Shown: one piece after another, positions 26,385 to 36,895 of the stretch | How the letters are laid out: each line of letters starts with the position of its first letter | Numbering within the stretch: the stretch's first letter is position 1 | Assembly (NCBI GenBank): GCA_964387845.1 | Contig: CAYLXA010000011.1 | Span: forward strand, 32,001 to 96,000 | Length of the DNA stretch: 64,000 nt | Source of the DNA: an uncultured bacterium | GTDB taxonomy: Bacteria; Omnitrophota; Omnitrophia; Omnitrophales; Abzuiibacteriaceae | Direction of reading: 5' to 3' | The notes under the pieces: generated by a model | Seen by the model: only the letters and a program-made list of their open reading frames with translations | Database searches by the model: none | What the model was told of the DNA's origin: nothing | Program-made: the position numbers and the translations under genes

Positions 26385-27068
26385 ATGAGCATTATCAACG
26401 ATGCCCTTAAAAGGGCCGAGCAGTTTCGAAAGTGGACCAGCAGCGAAGTTTCAGCCGCCACTCATTCAGCAAGCCGTTCCGAAGTTGCGGTTTTAGACGA
26501 GCCGCCGCCTCCAAAAGTTCAACCGGTTACGCCGCGCCCCAAAATCAAAGTCGAGGCGCCAACCGAAATTCCGAAACCGCTTCCTGAGAAGAAAGCCAAA
26601 ACTCAGGCTGCTTCTCCGAATTCATTCTTAATTGTTTCATTGGTCGGATTATCAGTCTTGATTGTGGTGGCGCTCTTCCTGCTTTTATCTCGTTTTTCTG
26701 TCAGCCATGACTCGATTTTGAACCAAACAATCGCAGAACCTGTTTCCGGCATTCAGGCCGATGCAGCTCTCTTGACGGAAATTCAAGCGCCGGCGGTTGT
26801 TAGTCAAGCGCAAGCTCCCGCGATCCAGGCGCCCAAACCGGAATCTAAACGCATCATCCGCAAAGAACGAAAAACACCGCGGCCTCTGAAGTCTCAATAT
26901 CAATTGACCGGTGTTTACGGGATCGGCGGGTCAGAACGCTATGCGTTCATCAACGGCAAGATCGTGCAAACCGGCGGAATCGTGAATGATGCTTCCGTGG
27001 TGTCGATCGATCAAAATTCCGTGACGCTCAAGCGCGGAAGCCGTGTTTTTGTTTTGACGATGCCCTGA
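26385..27068 (+). CDS. GspB/ExeB-like partner protein
   Basis: N-terminus MSIINDALKRAEQ (GspB-type start). One TM segment and a Pro/Ala-rich linker. C-terminal YQLTGVYGIGGSERYAFINGKIVQTGG…VVSIDQNSVTL is a GspB-like domain. Confidence 0.5.
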   Translation: MSIINDALKRAEQFRKWTSSEVSAATHSASRSEVAVLDEPPPPKVQPVTPRPKIKVEAPTEIPKPLPEKKAKTQAASPNSFLIVSLVGLSVLIVVALFLLLSRFSVSHDSILNQTIAEPVSGIQADAALLTEIQAPAVVSQAQAPAIQAPKPESKRIIRKERKTPRPLKSQYQLTGVYGIGGSERYAFINGKIVQTGGIVNDASVVSIDQNSVTLKRGSRVFVLTMP

Positions 27069-27263
27069 GTTTTTGATATAAACCCGAATATTCCCTCCAC
27101 GCAATTTCCTATGAAGCCATACTCTGTCTACGAAAAGATTATTTTCCTGATTTTCCTGATTTTGCTACTTGTGTGGACGGCTTGGGGGCGTTGGGATGAC
27201 CTGAAGTTTGAAAGTTTCGGCCTCATTCAGTCTTTGCGGGATTTTCTGATAAAACCCGATTGA

Positions 27264-27292
27264 TTGACATTCCTTTCAGCGGATGGTAGAGT
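27264..27292 (+). promoter_or_regulatory. Candidate sigma-70 promoter (TTGACA, 17-nt spacer, TAGAGT) for the heptose kinase/kdsB operon
   Basis: Consensus -35 with ideal spacing. Read from the sequence. Confidence 0.4.
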
Positions 27293-27337
27293 ACGCACCC
27301 ATGTTAATTGTCATCCATCCAAACCGTATTCATTAAC

Positions 27338-28369
27338 ATGGCGATCAAGAGCAAGACACCTAAAACTCCTAAAACATCGATTCCCAAGAGCCGTTTTACC
27401 AGTCTCATTCGGCACTTCAACAAAAATCACCTCATCATTATCGGCGATTTCATATTAGATGAATTTGTCTGGGGAACGGTAGACCGCATTTCTCCCGAAG
27501 CGCCGGTTCCGGTTGTGCGTGTAGACCGTGAATCATTCATGCCGGGCGGGGCGCTCAATGTGGCGCATAATATCCGTTCGCTGAAAGGCATCGTGTATCC
27601 GTGCGGCGTCGTGGGCCGTGATCTTTACGGTAGAATGCTGCTGAAAGTTATGCGCCGCGAAAAAATCGAAACCGGCGGCGTGATTTACGATAAGGCCCGC
27701 CCGACAACCTTAAAAACACGTGTGATTGCGCATTCGCAGCAAGTGGTCCGCTTCGACCGCGAAAAGTCTGGGAATATCAGCGAAGCCGACTCCAAACAAA
27801 TCCTCAAATTTGTCCGCGAAACTCTCAATCATTCACATGTTTTAATTATCGAAGATTACGGAAAAGGCGTTGTCACGCCCGAGCTTTTGCGTGAAATCAT
27901 TCAACTGGCCCGTTCGCGTAAAGTTCCGATCCTGGTGGACCCAAAAGAGAAAAACTTTTCATACTATAGAGGCGTCACTGCCATTACGCCGAACAAAAAA
28001 GAAGCACTGGCGGCTTATGGCGCCCGAACTTCGGATGAACAACCGTCGCTCGAAAAAGTCGGCGAGCGGTTGCTTGAAAAATTTGAATGCGATGCCGTGT
28101 TAATGACGCTCGGCGAAGAGGGAATGATGCTGTTTGAAAAAAATGGCGACATCACGCGGATTCCGACCGCCGCGCGCGAAGTGTATGATGTTTCCGGAGC
28201 GGGCGACACCGTGATTTCCGTTTTCGGTTTGGCATTGGCATCCGGCGCCACGATGAAAGAAGCCGCGTTTTTAGCGAACGCAGCCGCGGGCGTTGTGGTC
28301 GGCAAACTCGGAACCGCAACACTTTCGCAGGAAGAATTGCTGGATGCGCTGAGCGGGAAAAGCACATGA
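27338..28369 (+). CDS. D-glycero-beta-D-manno-heptose-7-phosphate kinase (RfaE domain I / HldA-like PfkB-family kinase)
   Basis: PfkB ribokinase-like fold with a C-terminal GAGDT motif (SGAGDTVISVF). The N-terminal IIIGDFILDEFVWGTVDRISPEAPVPVV is typical of RfaE/HldE domain I. Adjacent to kdsB. Confidence 0.75.
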   Translation: MAIKSKTPKTPKTSIPKSRFTSLIRHFNKNHLIIIGDFILDEFVWGTVDRISPEAPVPVVRVDRESFMPGGALNVAHNIRSLKGIVYPCGVVGRDLYGRMLLKVMRREKIETGGVIYDKARPTTLKTRVIAHSQQVVRFDREKSGNISEADSKQILKFVRETLNHSHVLIIEDYGKGVVTPELLREIIQLARSRKVPILVDPKEKNFSYYRGVTAITPNKKEALAAYGARTSDEQPSLEKVGERLLEKFECDAVLMTLGEEGMMLFEKNGDITRIPTAAREVYDVSGAGDTVISVFGLALASGATMKEAAFLANAAAGVVVGKLGTATLSQEELLDALSGKST

Positions 28370-29100
28370 AAGCAATTTGCGTGATTCCGGCCCGGCTTGA
28401 ATCCACAAGACTTGCGCGCAAACTTTTAAGGCCTCTTGCTGGCAAACTTTTGATACAATACGCCTACGAAAATGCAAAGCGCGCCAAAAAATGTGCAAAA
28501 GTTTTAGTGGCCTGTGATCACGAAGATTTGATAAAGGCCGTCGAAGCGTTCGGCGGCGAAGCGGTGCTGACGAGTGAGTATCACCAAAGCGGTACCGAAA
28601 GAATTGCGGAAGTGGCGGAAAAATTTCCGGCCGATGTGTATGTGAATTTACAGGCGGACGAGCCGCTCCTTCATTCGAGCGCAATCGATGATCTGATTTC
28701 CGCTTTTGAAGTCGAGCCGGATTTGAAAATGGCGACGGCTTGCATCCGGATGCGCGAAGAATCCGATTTTCTGAACCCGAATGTCGTAAAAGTGGTCAAA
28801 AATCAGAAGGATGAAGCGCTTTATTTTTCGCGTTCGCCGATTCCGCATGACCGCGAAAAGGCATCGACAGATTTTTTTAAGCATCTCGGGATTTACGCGT
28901 ATGAGCGTCAGTTTTTGATTAAAATTCCGAAGCTGACGGCGTCGAATTTAGAAAAACGCGAGAAATTAGAACAACTGCGCGTACTCGATAACGGTTTTAC
29001 GATCAAAGTTTTGGAAACGGCTTACGATTCGATCGGCGTTGATACGGAAGAGGATTTGAAAAAAGTGGAGAAAATATTGAAAGAAGGCGCCCGTGCCTAA
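28366..29100 (+). CDS. kdsB: 3-deoxy-manno-octulosonate cytidylyltransferase (CMP-Kdo synthetase)
   Basis: [16 protein letters not shown]…EQLRVLDNG motifs. 244 aa. Confidence 0.9.
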   Translation: MKAICVIPARLESTRLARKLLRPLAGKLLIQYAYENAKRAKKCAKVLVACDHEDLIKAVEAFGGEAVLTSEYHQSGTERIAEVAEKFPADVYVNLQADEPLLHSSAIDDLISAFEVEPDLKMATACIRMREESDFLNPNVVKVVKNQKDEALYFSRSPIPHDREKASTDFFKHLGIYAYERQFLIKIPKLTASNLEKREKLEQLRVLDNGFTIKVLETAYDSIGVDTEEDLKKVEKILKEGARA

Positions 29101-30775
29101 GTATATTTTTGTGACCGGCGGCGTGGTTTCATCGCTCGGCAAAGGCATTGCTTCCGCGTCCATCGGCAAGCTGCTCGAAACCAAAGGGCTTAAAGTCATG
29201 ATGCAAAAGCTGGATCCTTACATCAACGTGGATCCCGGCACGATGAATCCTTACGAGCACGGCGAAGTTTACGTGACGGATGACGGCGCCGAAACGGATT
29301 TGGATTTGGGCCATTACGAGCGCTACACACATTCACCGCTCGGAAAGTTCAGCAACGTCACGACCGGCCAGGTTTATTACAGCGTGATTTCAAAAGAGCG
29401 GCGCGGCGATTATTTGGGCAGCACCGTTCAAGTAATTCCGCACATCACGGATGAAATCAAGGAAAGAATCCGCGCAGTGTCGAAAGGCAAACGCTGCGAT
29501 GTCGTGATTTCCGAAATCGGCGGAACGGTCGGCGATATCGAATCGCTTCCGTTTTTGGAAGCCGCGCGCCAATTCCGCCACGAAGTCGGGCGCGACAATG
29601 TGATTTTCATTCACCTCACACTTCTTCCGTTTATCCGGGCAGCCGGAGAACTCAAAACAAAACCGACTCAGCACAGCGTCGGCCGTTTGCGCGAAATCGG
29701 TATTCAGCCCGACATTTTGCTTTGCCGGACGGAACGCCGCCTGGGAAATGACTTGAAACGTAAGATCGCGCTTTTCTGCGACGTGGATACCGACGGCGTC
29801 ATCGAAGCGCGCGACGTTCGGACGATTTATGAAGTCCCGCTGATGTTTAAAGAGCAAGGACTCGACAAAGCGATTTGCCGCTTTTTGGGAATCGATTATA
29901 AAGCCGGCAATTTGCAGGATTGGAAATCGAACGTTGTGGATAAGGTCCTTAATCCGAAGCATCGCGTCAGAATCGCGGTGGTCGGAAAATACATCGAACT
30001 GAAAGACGCCTATAAATCAATTTATGAGGCGCTTACGCATGCCGGTATTGCAAGTAATACGGAAGTGATCATCCGCCGCTACAACGCTGAGCGGATGATG
30101 AAGGGGAATTTGGACCGCTTTCTCTGGAATATTGACGGTATTTTGGTTCCGGGTGGATTCGGCAGCCGCGGCATCGAAGGAAAAATCCGCGTGATTCAGT
30201 ACGCGCGTGAAAATAAAGTGCCGTTTTTCGGCATTTGTTTGGGGATGCAATGCGCTGTGATTGAATTTGCGCGCAACGTTGCCAATCTCAAAAATGCAAA
30301 CTCCACCGAATTCAATAAAAAGACCCCGCATCCCGTGATCAGCATGCTGGAAGAGCAGGAGGGCGTTAAAGACCTGGGCGGCACCATGCGCTTGGGTGCA
30401 TATCCGTGCGATTTGAAAAAAAATACGAAAGCGCATGACGCGTACCGCGCAGACCAAATTTCAGAGCGCCACCGCCACCGTTACGAATTCAATAACAAAT
30501 ACCGTGAAACGCTCGAGTCACACGGGCTGCGCGTTTCGGGAACCTATCAAAATAATAAGCTGGTTGAAATCGTTGAGTTGCCGGAACATCCGTGGTTTGT
30601 GGCCGGCCAGTTTCATCCGGAGTTTCAATCAAAGCCTGACGTGCCGCACCCATTGTTCAAATCATTTGTAGCCAAGGCGCTTCAATTTAAGCGCTCGGTT
30701 GATTTAGCGGATCATGAACAAGACGACGATAACCAAAACACCGAAACCATCCATGAAACCAGTACGCTTGCTTGA
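29093..30775 (+). CDS. pyrG: CTP synthase
   Basis: N-terminus [18 protein letters not shown]-terminal glutamine amidotransferase domain with GICLGMQ. 560 aa. Confidence 0.93.
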   Translation: MPKYIFVTGGVVSSLGKGIASASIGKLLETKGLKVMMQKLDPYINVDPGTMNPYEHGEVYVTDDGAETDLDLGHYERYTHSPLGKFSNVTTGQVYYSVISKERRGDYLGSTVQVIPHITDEIKERIRAVSKGKRCDVVISEIGGTVGDIESLPFLEAARQFRHEVGRDNVIFIHLTLLPFIRAAGELKTKPTQHSVGRLREIGIQPDILLCRTERRLGNDLKRKIALFCDVDTDGVIEARDVRTIYEVPLMFKEQGLDKAICRFLGIDYKAGNLQDWKSNVVDKVLNPKHRVRIAVVGKYIELKDAYKSIYEALTHAGIASNTEVIIRRYNAERMMKGNLDRFLWNIDGILVPGGFGSRGIEGKIRVIQYARENKVPFFGICLGMQCAVIEFARNVANLKNANSTEFNKKTPHPVISMLEEQEGVKDLGGTMRLGAYPCDLKKNTKAHDAYRADQISERHRHRYEFNNKYRETLESHGLRVSGTYQNNKLVEIVELPEHPWFVAGQFHPEFQSKPDVPHPLFKSFVAKALQFKRSVDLADHEQDDDNQNTETIHETSTLA

Positions 30776-31574
30776 CATTACTTTCGGAAGCCCGAACGAG
30801 TTTGTGTTGATCGCGGGCCCCTGTGTCATTGAAAACGAGAAAAGCGCGCTGCGCCACGCCGAGAAAATTTCGCAGGTCGCACGCGAACTTCAGATTCCGT
30901 ACGTGTATAAATCCAGTTTCGACAAAGCCAACCGCTCTTCCGGAGATTCCTTTCGCGGTCCTGGTATCAAAAAAGGCTTGGCAATTCTGAAGAAAATCAA
31001 AAAGGAATTTGATGTTCCGATTTTAAGCGACATTCACGAAATTGCGCAGGTGAAGCCGGCTGCTGAAGTGATCGACATTCTGCAAATCCCGGCGTTTTTG
31101 TGCCGTCAGACGGATTTGGTGGTTGCGTGTGCCAAGACGAAAAGAATTGTGAACGTGAAGAAAGGCCAGTTTTTGGCGCCGTGGGATATGAAAAATATCG
31201 TCCGAAAAATTGAGGCCGCCGGAAACCGCAATATTTTACTCACGGAGCGCGGCGTTTCGTTCGGCTACAATTATTTGGTGAGCGATTTCCGCGCGATCCC
31301 GGTCATGCGCGAACTGGGTTATCCGGTTGTGTTCGACGCAACGCATTCCGTACAGCTTCCGGGCGGCTTGGGGCATGCTTCAGGCGGTAACGCCGAATTT
31401 ATTCCGACGCTTGCACGCTGCGCGATTGCGAGCGGTGCCGATGCGATTTTCATGGAAGTCCACGAAAATCCGAAGGAAGCCAAATCCGACGGGCCAAACA
31501 ATTTGCCGCTTTCAGAACTCAAGTCGCTTCTTACGGTTTTAAAACACATCCGCCGGGTAGCGCCTGTCCACTAA
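30753..31574 (+). CDS. kdsA: 2-dehydro-3-deoxyphosphooctonate aldolase (Kdo-8-phosphate synthase)
   Basis: [20 protein letters not shown] and FDATHS motifs. The start is taken at MKPVRLL, overlapping the pyrG 3' end by 23 nt. Confidence 0.88.
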   Translation: MKPVRLLDITFGSPNEFVLIAGPCVIENEKSALRHAEKISQVARELQIPYVYKSSFDKANRSSGDSFRGPGIKKGLAILKKIKKEFDVPILSDIHEIAQVKPAAEVIDILQIPAFLCRQTDLVVACAKTKRIVNVKKGQFLAPWDMKNIVRKIEAAGNRNILLTERGVSFGYNYLVSDFRAIPVMRELGYPVVFDATHSVQLPGGLGHASGGNAEFIPTLARCAIASGADAIFMEVHENPKEAKSDGPNNLPLSELKSLLTVLKHIRRVAPVH

Positions 31575-31575
31575 A

Positions 31576-32541
31576 ATGAAATCCGACCGCACGCTGGCCA
31601 AAAAAATCATCAAAGTTGAAGCTGACGCGATCAAAGCGCTTTTGTCGCGCATTGACCAAAAGTTTGAGAAAGCGCTCAGCTTGCTCGAAAATGCCTCAGG
31701 CCGTGTCATCATCACGGGAATGGGCAAGCCCGGTTTGATCGGCCGAAAAATCGCGGCAACACTTGCTTCGACGGGAACGCCGAGTCTTTTTTTACATCCG
31801 GCCGAAGCCATTCACGGTGATTTGGGGATGGTGACGAGGCATGACGTTGTGCTAGCGATTTCAAACAGCGGGGAAACGGAAGAAATCACAAAACTGCTTT
31901 CCACGATTAAAAAAATCGGCTCCAAATTAATCGCGTTAACGGGGAATTTGAAATCCACTTTGGCGCGCCATGCGGACGTGGTTCTGGATGTCGGCGTTCA
32001 TTCCGAAGCTTGCCCATGGGGCTTGGCACCGACCGCTTCAACAGCGGTTGCGCTTGCGCTTGGCGATGCGCTTGCGTTATGTCTTGCGAAACGAAAAGGC
32101 TTTAAATCCGAAGATTTCGCATTTTTGCATCCGGGCGGCAGTCTCGGTAAAAAACTGCTGCGCGTGAAAGACATCATGCGGACCGGAAAAGCGCACGCGG
32201 TTGTGAAAGAATCGACCACCGTCGAGAAAGCGCTCTTTGCGATTACGGCTGCACGTGCAGGATCTTGCAGTGTTGTGAATTCAAGCGGAAGGCTGGTCGG
32301 GTTTTTTACCGACGGCGATTTGCGGCGTCATTTGAGGGAAGAGGGTGTCCGCATTCTTCAGATGCGGATTTCGAAAATCGCTACCCGGAAACCGACCACG
32401 ATTTTGCAGGATCATCTGGCAGCGGAAGCTTTTCAAAAGCTTCGGGACCGTAAAATTGACGAACTTCCTGTCGTAGATCAAAAGGGCCGCGCAGTCGGGC
32501 TCTTGGATGTTCAAGATCTTCTCAAAGCCGGTATTTTTTAG
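31576..32541 (+). CDS. kdsD: Arabinose-5-phosphate isomerase (KpsF/GutQ family; SIS domain plus tandem CBS domains)
   Basis: SIS-domain motif VIITGMGKPGLIGRKIAATLASTGTP. C-terminal CBS pair. 321 aa. Confidence 0.85.
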   Translation: MKSDRTLAKKIIKVEADAIKALLSRIDQKFEKALSLLENASGRVIITGMGKPGLIGRKIAATLASTGTPSLFLHPAEAIHGDLGMVTRHDVVLAISNSGETEEITKLLSTIKKIGSKLIALTGNLKSTLARHADVVLDVGVHSEACPWGLAPTASTAVALALGDALALCLAKRKGFKSEDFAFLHPGGSLGKKLLRVKDIMRTGKAHAVVKESTTVEKALFAITAARAGSCSVVNSSGRLVGFFTDGDLRRHLREEGVRILQMRISKIATRKPTTILQDHLAAEAFQKLRDRKIDELPVVDQKGRAVGLLDVQDLLKAGIF

Positions 32542-32623
32542 TTTTCCTGCCTTTTACTCCTTATTTCTTTTGCCGATTTCCATATCTCAAGTGTTTTCAA
32601 TAGGTTACGTATCCAAACAAGGT

Positions 32624-32652
32624 TTGACAAAAAATCAGGCTCTCACTATAAT
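32624..32652 (+). promoter_or_regulatory. Consensus sigma-70 promoter (TTGACA, 17-nt spacer, TATAAT) with a ~145-nt leader ahead of the esterase gene
   Basis: Perfect -35 and -10 hexamers at ideal spacing. The leader contains a 27-codon uORF and a CGCGAATTCGCG palindrome followed by a T-run. Confidence 0.5.
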
Positions 32653-32799
32653 TAACTTCTCCATTTATCGATAGTTACGGCAAATCGGAGTTGTTGTCTA
32701 TGCTTTCCACGCGAAGAAGCATGAAACGCGCCTTTATGCGGCATGCGAATTCGCGTTTTTTATTCTTATATCTGAAATCATAAATTATCTGGCAAGCAA

Positions 32800-33522
32800 A
32801 TGAAGCGACTACTTGGTTTGGTGTTTATAATCTGCGGGCTATGTATTTTTGCCAACCGTTCTTTTGCCGAGTTTTACGGTGATCCGGTGCTCGGTCTGGT
32901 TGATTTCAAGGAAGACCGCTACGGCGCGTCATTCTACGTTCCGGAAAATTATGATGCCAAGCAAGATTGGCCGCTTGCCGTGGTGCTTTATTCGGATGAG
33001 GCAGAAAAAGGAAAATTGTTTGTCGATAAATGGCTTGCGGAAGCCAAAAAGCGGAAGGTAATCGCTCTTTTTATATCGTATCTGAATCCGCAGGAAATGC
33101 CGTTCGGCTCCGACGAACGGACGCTCGGGATTGTGGAAGAGATCAAGCGGCGTTATTCGATCGCGAGCGACAAAATTTTACTTTCAGCGTTCGGCGAAGC
33201 CGCTCATTACGCTTATTATTTGGCGTTCCGGTATCCCGACGAATTTCGGATGGTTGGCTTAATCGGCGGCGGCGCAGAAGGCCGCTATGAACCATTTTTA
33301 AATTACGGTCACAGTAAAGTTAAAAATGTTTCGTTTTTGATTTTGTACGGTATGAAGGATCCGTTGATTGATGGGACAAATTTTACCGAGAAGCATAAAC
33401 AGCTTGCGCTGCGCGGGCAGAATATCGAAATTGAAGCATTTGAAAATTTAGACCGCAAGGCTTATCCGGAACAAATCGGAAAAGTCATGGACTGGTTTAC
33501 AACACTGAAAAAAATAAAATGA
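32800..33522 (+). CDS. Secreted alpha/beta-hydrolase-fold esterase (signal peptide), hypothetical
   Basis: The N-terminal signal MKRLLGLVFIICGLCIFANRSFA is followed by an esterase-like core. Function is weakly supported. Confidence 0.45.
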   Translation: MKRLLGLVFIICGLCIFANRSFAEFYGDPVLGLVDFKEDRYGASFYVPENYDAKQDWPLAVVLYSDEAEKGKLFVDKWLAEAKKRKVIALFISYLNPQEMPFGSDERTLGIVEEIKRRYSIASDKILLSAFGEAAHYAYYLAFRYPDEFRMVGLIGGGAEGRYEPFLNYGHSKVKNVSFLILYGMKDPLIDGTNFTEKHKQLALRGQNIEIEAFENLDRKAYPEQIGKVMDWFTTLKKIK

Positions 33523-35192
33523 AACTAACTGGCGCACAAATTACGATTGAAATGTTAAAGCGCGAAGGCGCTCCGTATATTTTTGGGTTGCCGGGCGGCG
33601 CGATTTTGCCGACCTTTGATGCACTATATGATTCGGGCCTGAATTTTATTCTGGTTCGCCACGAGCAGGGCGCAGGCCACATGGCAGATGGTTACGCGCG
33701 TTCAACCGGTAAGCCGGCGGTTTGTATGGTGACTTCAGGCCCCGGCGCACTCAATTTGGTGACGGCCATCGCAACGGCGAATATGGATTCGGTGCCGATG
33801 GTGTGCATCACGGGGCAGGTGGCGACTCATTTAATCGGGAACGACGCATTTCAGGAAGCGGATGTGATCGGCTGTACGCGCCCGATTACGAAACACAGTT
33901 ATTTAGTGAAAAAAGTTGAAGATTTGCCGCGCATTATTAAGGAAGCGTTTTATATCGCATCGACCGGCCGGCCCGGCCCGGTGCTGGTCGATCTTCCTGT
34001 GGATGTCACGCGCGCGACGATGGAGTTTGAATATCCATCTAAAATTTCCATTCGCGGCTACAATCCGCCGATCGCAGGCGAGCCGGAAAATATTGAACTT
34101 GCGGCCGATTTGATTGCCAAAAGCAAACGCCCGATTCTCTATGTGGGCGGGGGAACGATTGCAAGCGGTGCGAGCAAAGAACTTTTGGAACTCGCGGAAA
34201 AAACCGGTATCCCGGTGACCACAACGCTGGCGGGCCTTGGAGCGTTTCCGGAAACGCATGAACAATCGCTGCGGATGCTCGGCATGCACGGAACGGTTTA
34301 TGCAAATTACGCGGTTCAGGGCTGTGATCTTTTAATTTCGGTCGGTGCGCGTTTCGATGACCGCGTGACGGGGAAGCTCGATAAGTTTGCGCCGCACGCG
34401 AAAATTATTCACATTGATATCGATCCTGCTTCGATTTCGAAAAACGTGAAAGTCAATTGCGCGATCGTGGGCGATGTGCGCGCGATTTTGAAAGAACTGA
34501 ACAAGCTCGTGAAACATTTGAATTTGAAAGCGTGGAACGAACAGATTGCCGCGTGGAAGCAGAAGCACCCGATGCGTTTTGAAAATGGCGGAGACGGAAT
34601 TAAATCGCAGCTTGTTATTCAAGAGCTTGGGAAAGCAACGAACTCGAACGCGATTGTGACCACCGGCGTCGGGCAGCATCAAATGTGGGCCGCGCAGTGG
34701 TTTAATTTTATTAAGCCACGTACGATGATTACCAGCGGCGGGCTTGGAACGATGGGCTACGGATTTCCAGCCGCAATCGGCGCGCAGCTGGCACATCCCG
34801 GTGAAACGGTGTTTTGCATTGATGGTGACGGTTCGTTTCAAATGACCAGTTTCGAACTTGCAACGGCTGTACATTATAAAATTCCGGTGAAAATTGCACT
34901 CTTGGACAACGCTTACTTAGGCATGGTGCGCCAGTGGCAGGAAATGTTCTATAAAGAACGGTATTCGGGGTCTGAGCTTGGTTCTTCAAATCCTAATTTT
35001 GTGAAATTGGCCGAAAGCTTCGGCATGATGGGAATTTCGGCATCCAAGAAAAATGAGGTCCGGCCGGCGATTGAGAAAGCGCTTGAGCATGACGGGCCTG
35101 TTTTGATGCATTTTAAAGTTGAAAAGCAGGATAACGTGTTTCCGATGGTTCCGGCGGGCCAGGCGCTCGATCAGGTCATCGACATGGCGTAA
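33519..35192 (+). CDS. ilvB: Acetolactate synthase large subunit
   Basis: ThDP-enzyme motifs (GxPG…, GDGSFQM). 557 aa. Followed by the small subunit and ilvC. Confidence 0.9.
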   Translation: MKLTGAQITIEMLKREGAPYIFGLPGGAILPTFDALYDSGLNFILVRHEQGAGHMADGYARSTGKPAVCMVTSGPGALNLVTAIATANMDSVPMVCITGQVATHLIGNDAFQEADVIGCTRPITKHSYLVKKVEDLPRIIKEAFYIASTGRPGPVLVDLPVDVTRATMEFEYPSKISIRGYNPPIAGEPENIELAADLIAKSKRPILYVGGGTIASGASKELLELAEKTGIPVTTTLAGLGAFPETHEQSLRMLGMHGTVYANYAVQGCDLLISVGARFDDRVTGKLDKFAPHAKIIHIDIDPASISKNVKVNCAIVGDVRAILKELNKLVKHLNLKAWNEQIAAWKQKHPMRFENGGDGIKSQLVIQELGKATNSNAIVTTGVGQHQMWAAQWFNFIKPRTMITSGGLGTMGYGFPAAIGAQLAHPGETVFCIDGDGSFQMTSFELATAVHYKIPVKIALLDNAYLGMVRQWQEMFYKERYSGSELGSSNPNFVKLAESFGMMGISASKKNEVRPAIEKALEHDGPVLMHFKVEKQDNVFPMVPAGQALDQVIDMA

Positions 35193-35215
35193 TTCATTAT
35201 CGAAAGGGTACTGAC

Positions 35216-35785
35216 ATGGCTAAAACAGCAGCGAAAGCAGCAAAAAAAGAAGAACCAAAGGGCTCAAACGGGTCGGGCTCTATTGATAATGGAACGGTGC
35301 ATACACTTTCTGTTCTGGTTGAAAACCACTTTGGTGTCTTGGCGCGTGTCGCAGGCCTTTTCTCGGCGCGCGGGTTTAACATCGACAGCCTTGCCGTCGG
35401 CGAAACGGAAGATCCGACTGTCTCGCGCATGACGATTGTCGCACAGGGCGATCAGCGTATTTTGGATCAAATCATCAAACAGCTCGGCAAGTTGATTGAC
35501 GTGATCAAGGTTGTCAAAATTTTCTCTGAAGAAAAAATTGAGCGTGAGCTGGTTTTAATCAAAGTAACGGCTTCCAGCGCCAAGCGTGCCGAAGTTTTAC
35601 AAATTGTGAACACATTCCGTGCAAAAGTTGTTGATATTAACGCGAAATCGCTGACGGTCGAAGTAACCGGCACGAAAAGCAAGGTCGATGCCATGCTCGA
35701 ACTATTGCGCCCGGTCGGAATTCGGGAAGTCGTGCGGACCGGAACTATTGCGCTCAGCCGAAAAGGCGAGCTGAAAGCTTCATAA
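35216..35785 (+). CDS. ilvN: Acetolactate synthase small (regulatory) subunit with a Lys-rich N-terminal extension
   Basis: ACT domain [31 protein letters not shown]. 189 aa. Confidence 0.85.
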   Translation: MAKTAAKAAKKEEPKGSNGSGSIDNGTVHTLSVLVENHFGVLARVAGLFSARGFNIDSLAVGETEDPTVSRMTIVAQGDQRILDQIIKQLGKLIDVIKVVKIFSEEKIERELVLIKVTASSAKRAEVLQIVNTFRAKVVDINAKSLTVEVTGTKSKVDAMLELLRPVGIREVVRTGTIALSRKGELKAS

Positions 35786-35798
35786 AAAGGAAATTAAA

Positions 35799-36830
35799 AT
35801 GAAAAAAATTTATTACGATCAAGATGCGGATTTGAATCATTTGAAAGGCAAAAAAGTAGCCATCGTTGGTTATGGCATCCAAGGCCGCGGACAAGGTCTC
35901 AATCTGCGCGATTCCGGTGTTGACGTGATTATTTCCCAGCGTCCCGGCGGCAAAAATTACGAAATGGCGGTTGAAGACGGTTTTAAGCCCGTGAGCGCTA
36001 AAGAGGCGGCCCAGCAGGCGGATATTATCCAGATTTTAACCCAGGACCATTTACAAGCCGAGATTTATGAGAAGGATATCGCGCCGGAATTAAAACCGGG
36101 CAAGTCGCTTCTGTTCTCGCATGGCTTCAATATTCATTTCGGCTACATCAAACCGCCCAAAACGGTGGATGTGTTCATGATTGCACCGAAAGGGCCCGGC
36201 GCTTTGGTACGCTCGCAGTTTGTGGAAGGGGGCGGTGTGCCGTGTTTGGTCGCGATTCATCAGGATGTCACGAAAACGGCGTTGAAAGTGGGCCTTGCTT
36301 ACGCAAAAGCGATCGGCGGAACCCGTGCGGGCGTTATTGAAACGTCATTCCGCGAAGAAACCGAAACCGATTTGTTCGGCGAGCAGTCTGTTTTGTGCGG
36401 AGGACTTTCAGAATTAATCCGTGCCGGCTTCGAAACTTTGGTGAACGCAGGCTATGCGCCCGAAATGGCGTATTTCGAATGTTTGCATGAAGTGAAATTG
36501 ATCACTGACGCTGTTTTTGCCGGCGGAATTTCCGGCATGCACCGCCGCGTGTCGGATACGGCGGAGTATGGTGATTATACGCGCGGCAGCCGCTTGATTA
36601 CGGCCGAGACGCGCAAAGAAATGCAGAAAATTTTGAAAGAAATTCAGACCGGCTCTTTTGCGAAAGAGTGGATGGAAGAAAACAAAAAAGGCCGTCCACT
36701 TTATAACAAACTCCGGAAAGAATGTGATGAACACCCGATTGAGAAAATCGGAGCCAAGCTACGTGAAATGATGCCTTGGATTTCGGCTTCGCTAGAAAAA
36801 AAGCCAAAAGCCAAAGCCCTAGCAAAATAA
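35799..36830 (+). CDS. ilvC: Ketol-acid reductoisomerase
   Basis: [21 protein letters not shown] Rossmann N-terminus. 343 aa. Confidence 0.93.
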   Translation: MKKIYYDQDADLNHLKGKKVAIVGYGIQGRGQGLNLRDSGVDVIISQRPGGKNYEMAVEDGFKPVSAKEAAQQADIIQILTQDHLQAEIYEKDIAPELKPGKSLLFSHGFNIHFGYIKPPKTVDVFMIAPKGPGALVRSQFVEGGGVPCLVAIHQDVTKTALKVGLAYAKAIGGTRAGVIETSFREETETDLFGEQSVLCGGLSELIRAGFETLVNAGYAPEMAYFECLHEVKLITDAVFAGGISGMHRRVSDTAEYGDYTRGSRLITAETRKEMQKILKEIQTGSFAKEWMEENKKGRPLYNKLRKECDEHPIEKIGAKLREMMPWISASLEKKPKAKALAK

Positions 36831-36895
36831 ATTTCAATCCGCCTTTGGCGGGGAAATTTTGACATCATTCACATGAGCTTGGAGGTACGAATTCG

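Noticed and set aside
27111-27263. 50-codon small ORF (MKPYSVYEKIIFLIFLILLLVWTAWG…) in the 270-nt gap before the heptose kinase gene
   Set aside because: No RBS (a CCTCC anti-SD-like sequence sits upstream). Possibly a small membrane protein, but the evidence is too weak to call.
32690-32773. 27-codon Arg-rich uORF and a CGCGAATTCGCG plus T-run attenuator-like element in the esterase leader
   Set aside because: The stem is only 4 bp with a 4-nt loop. The uORF has no RBS. Not enough to support a leader-peptide attenuator.
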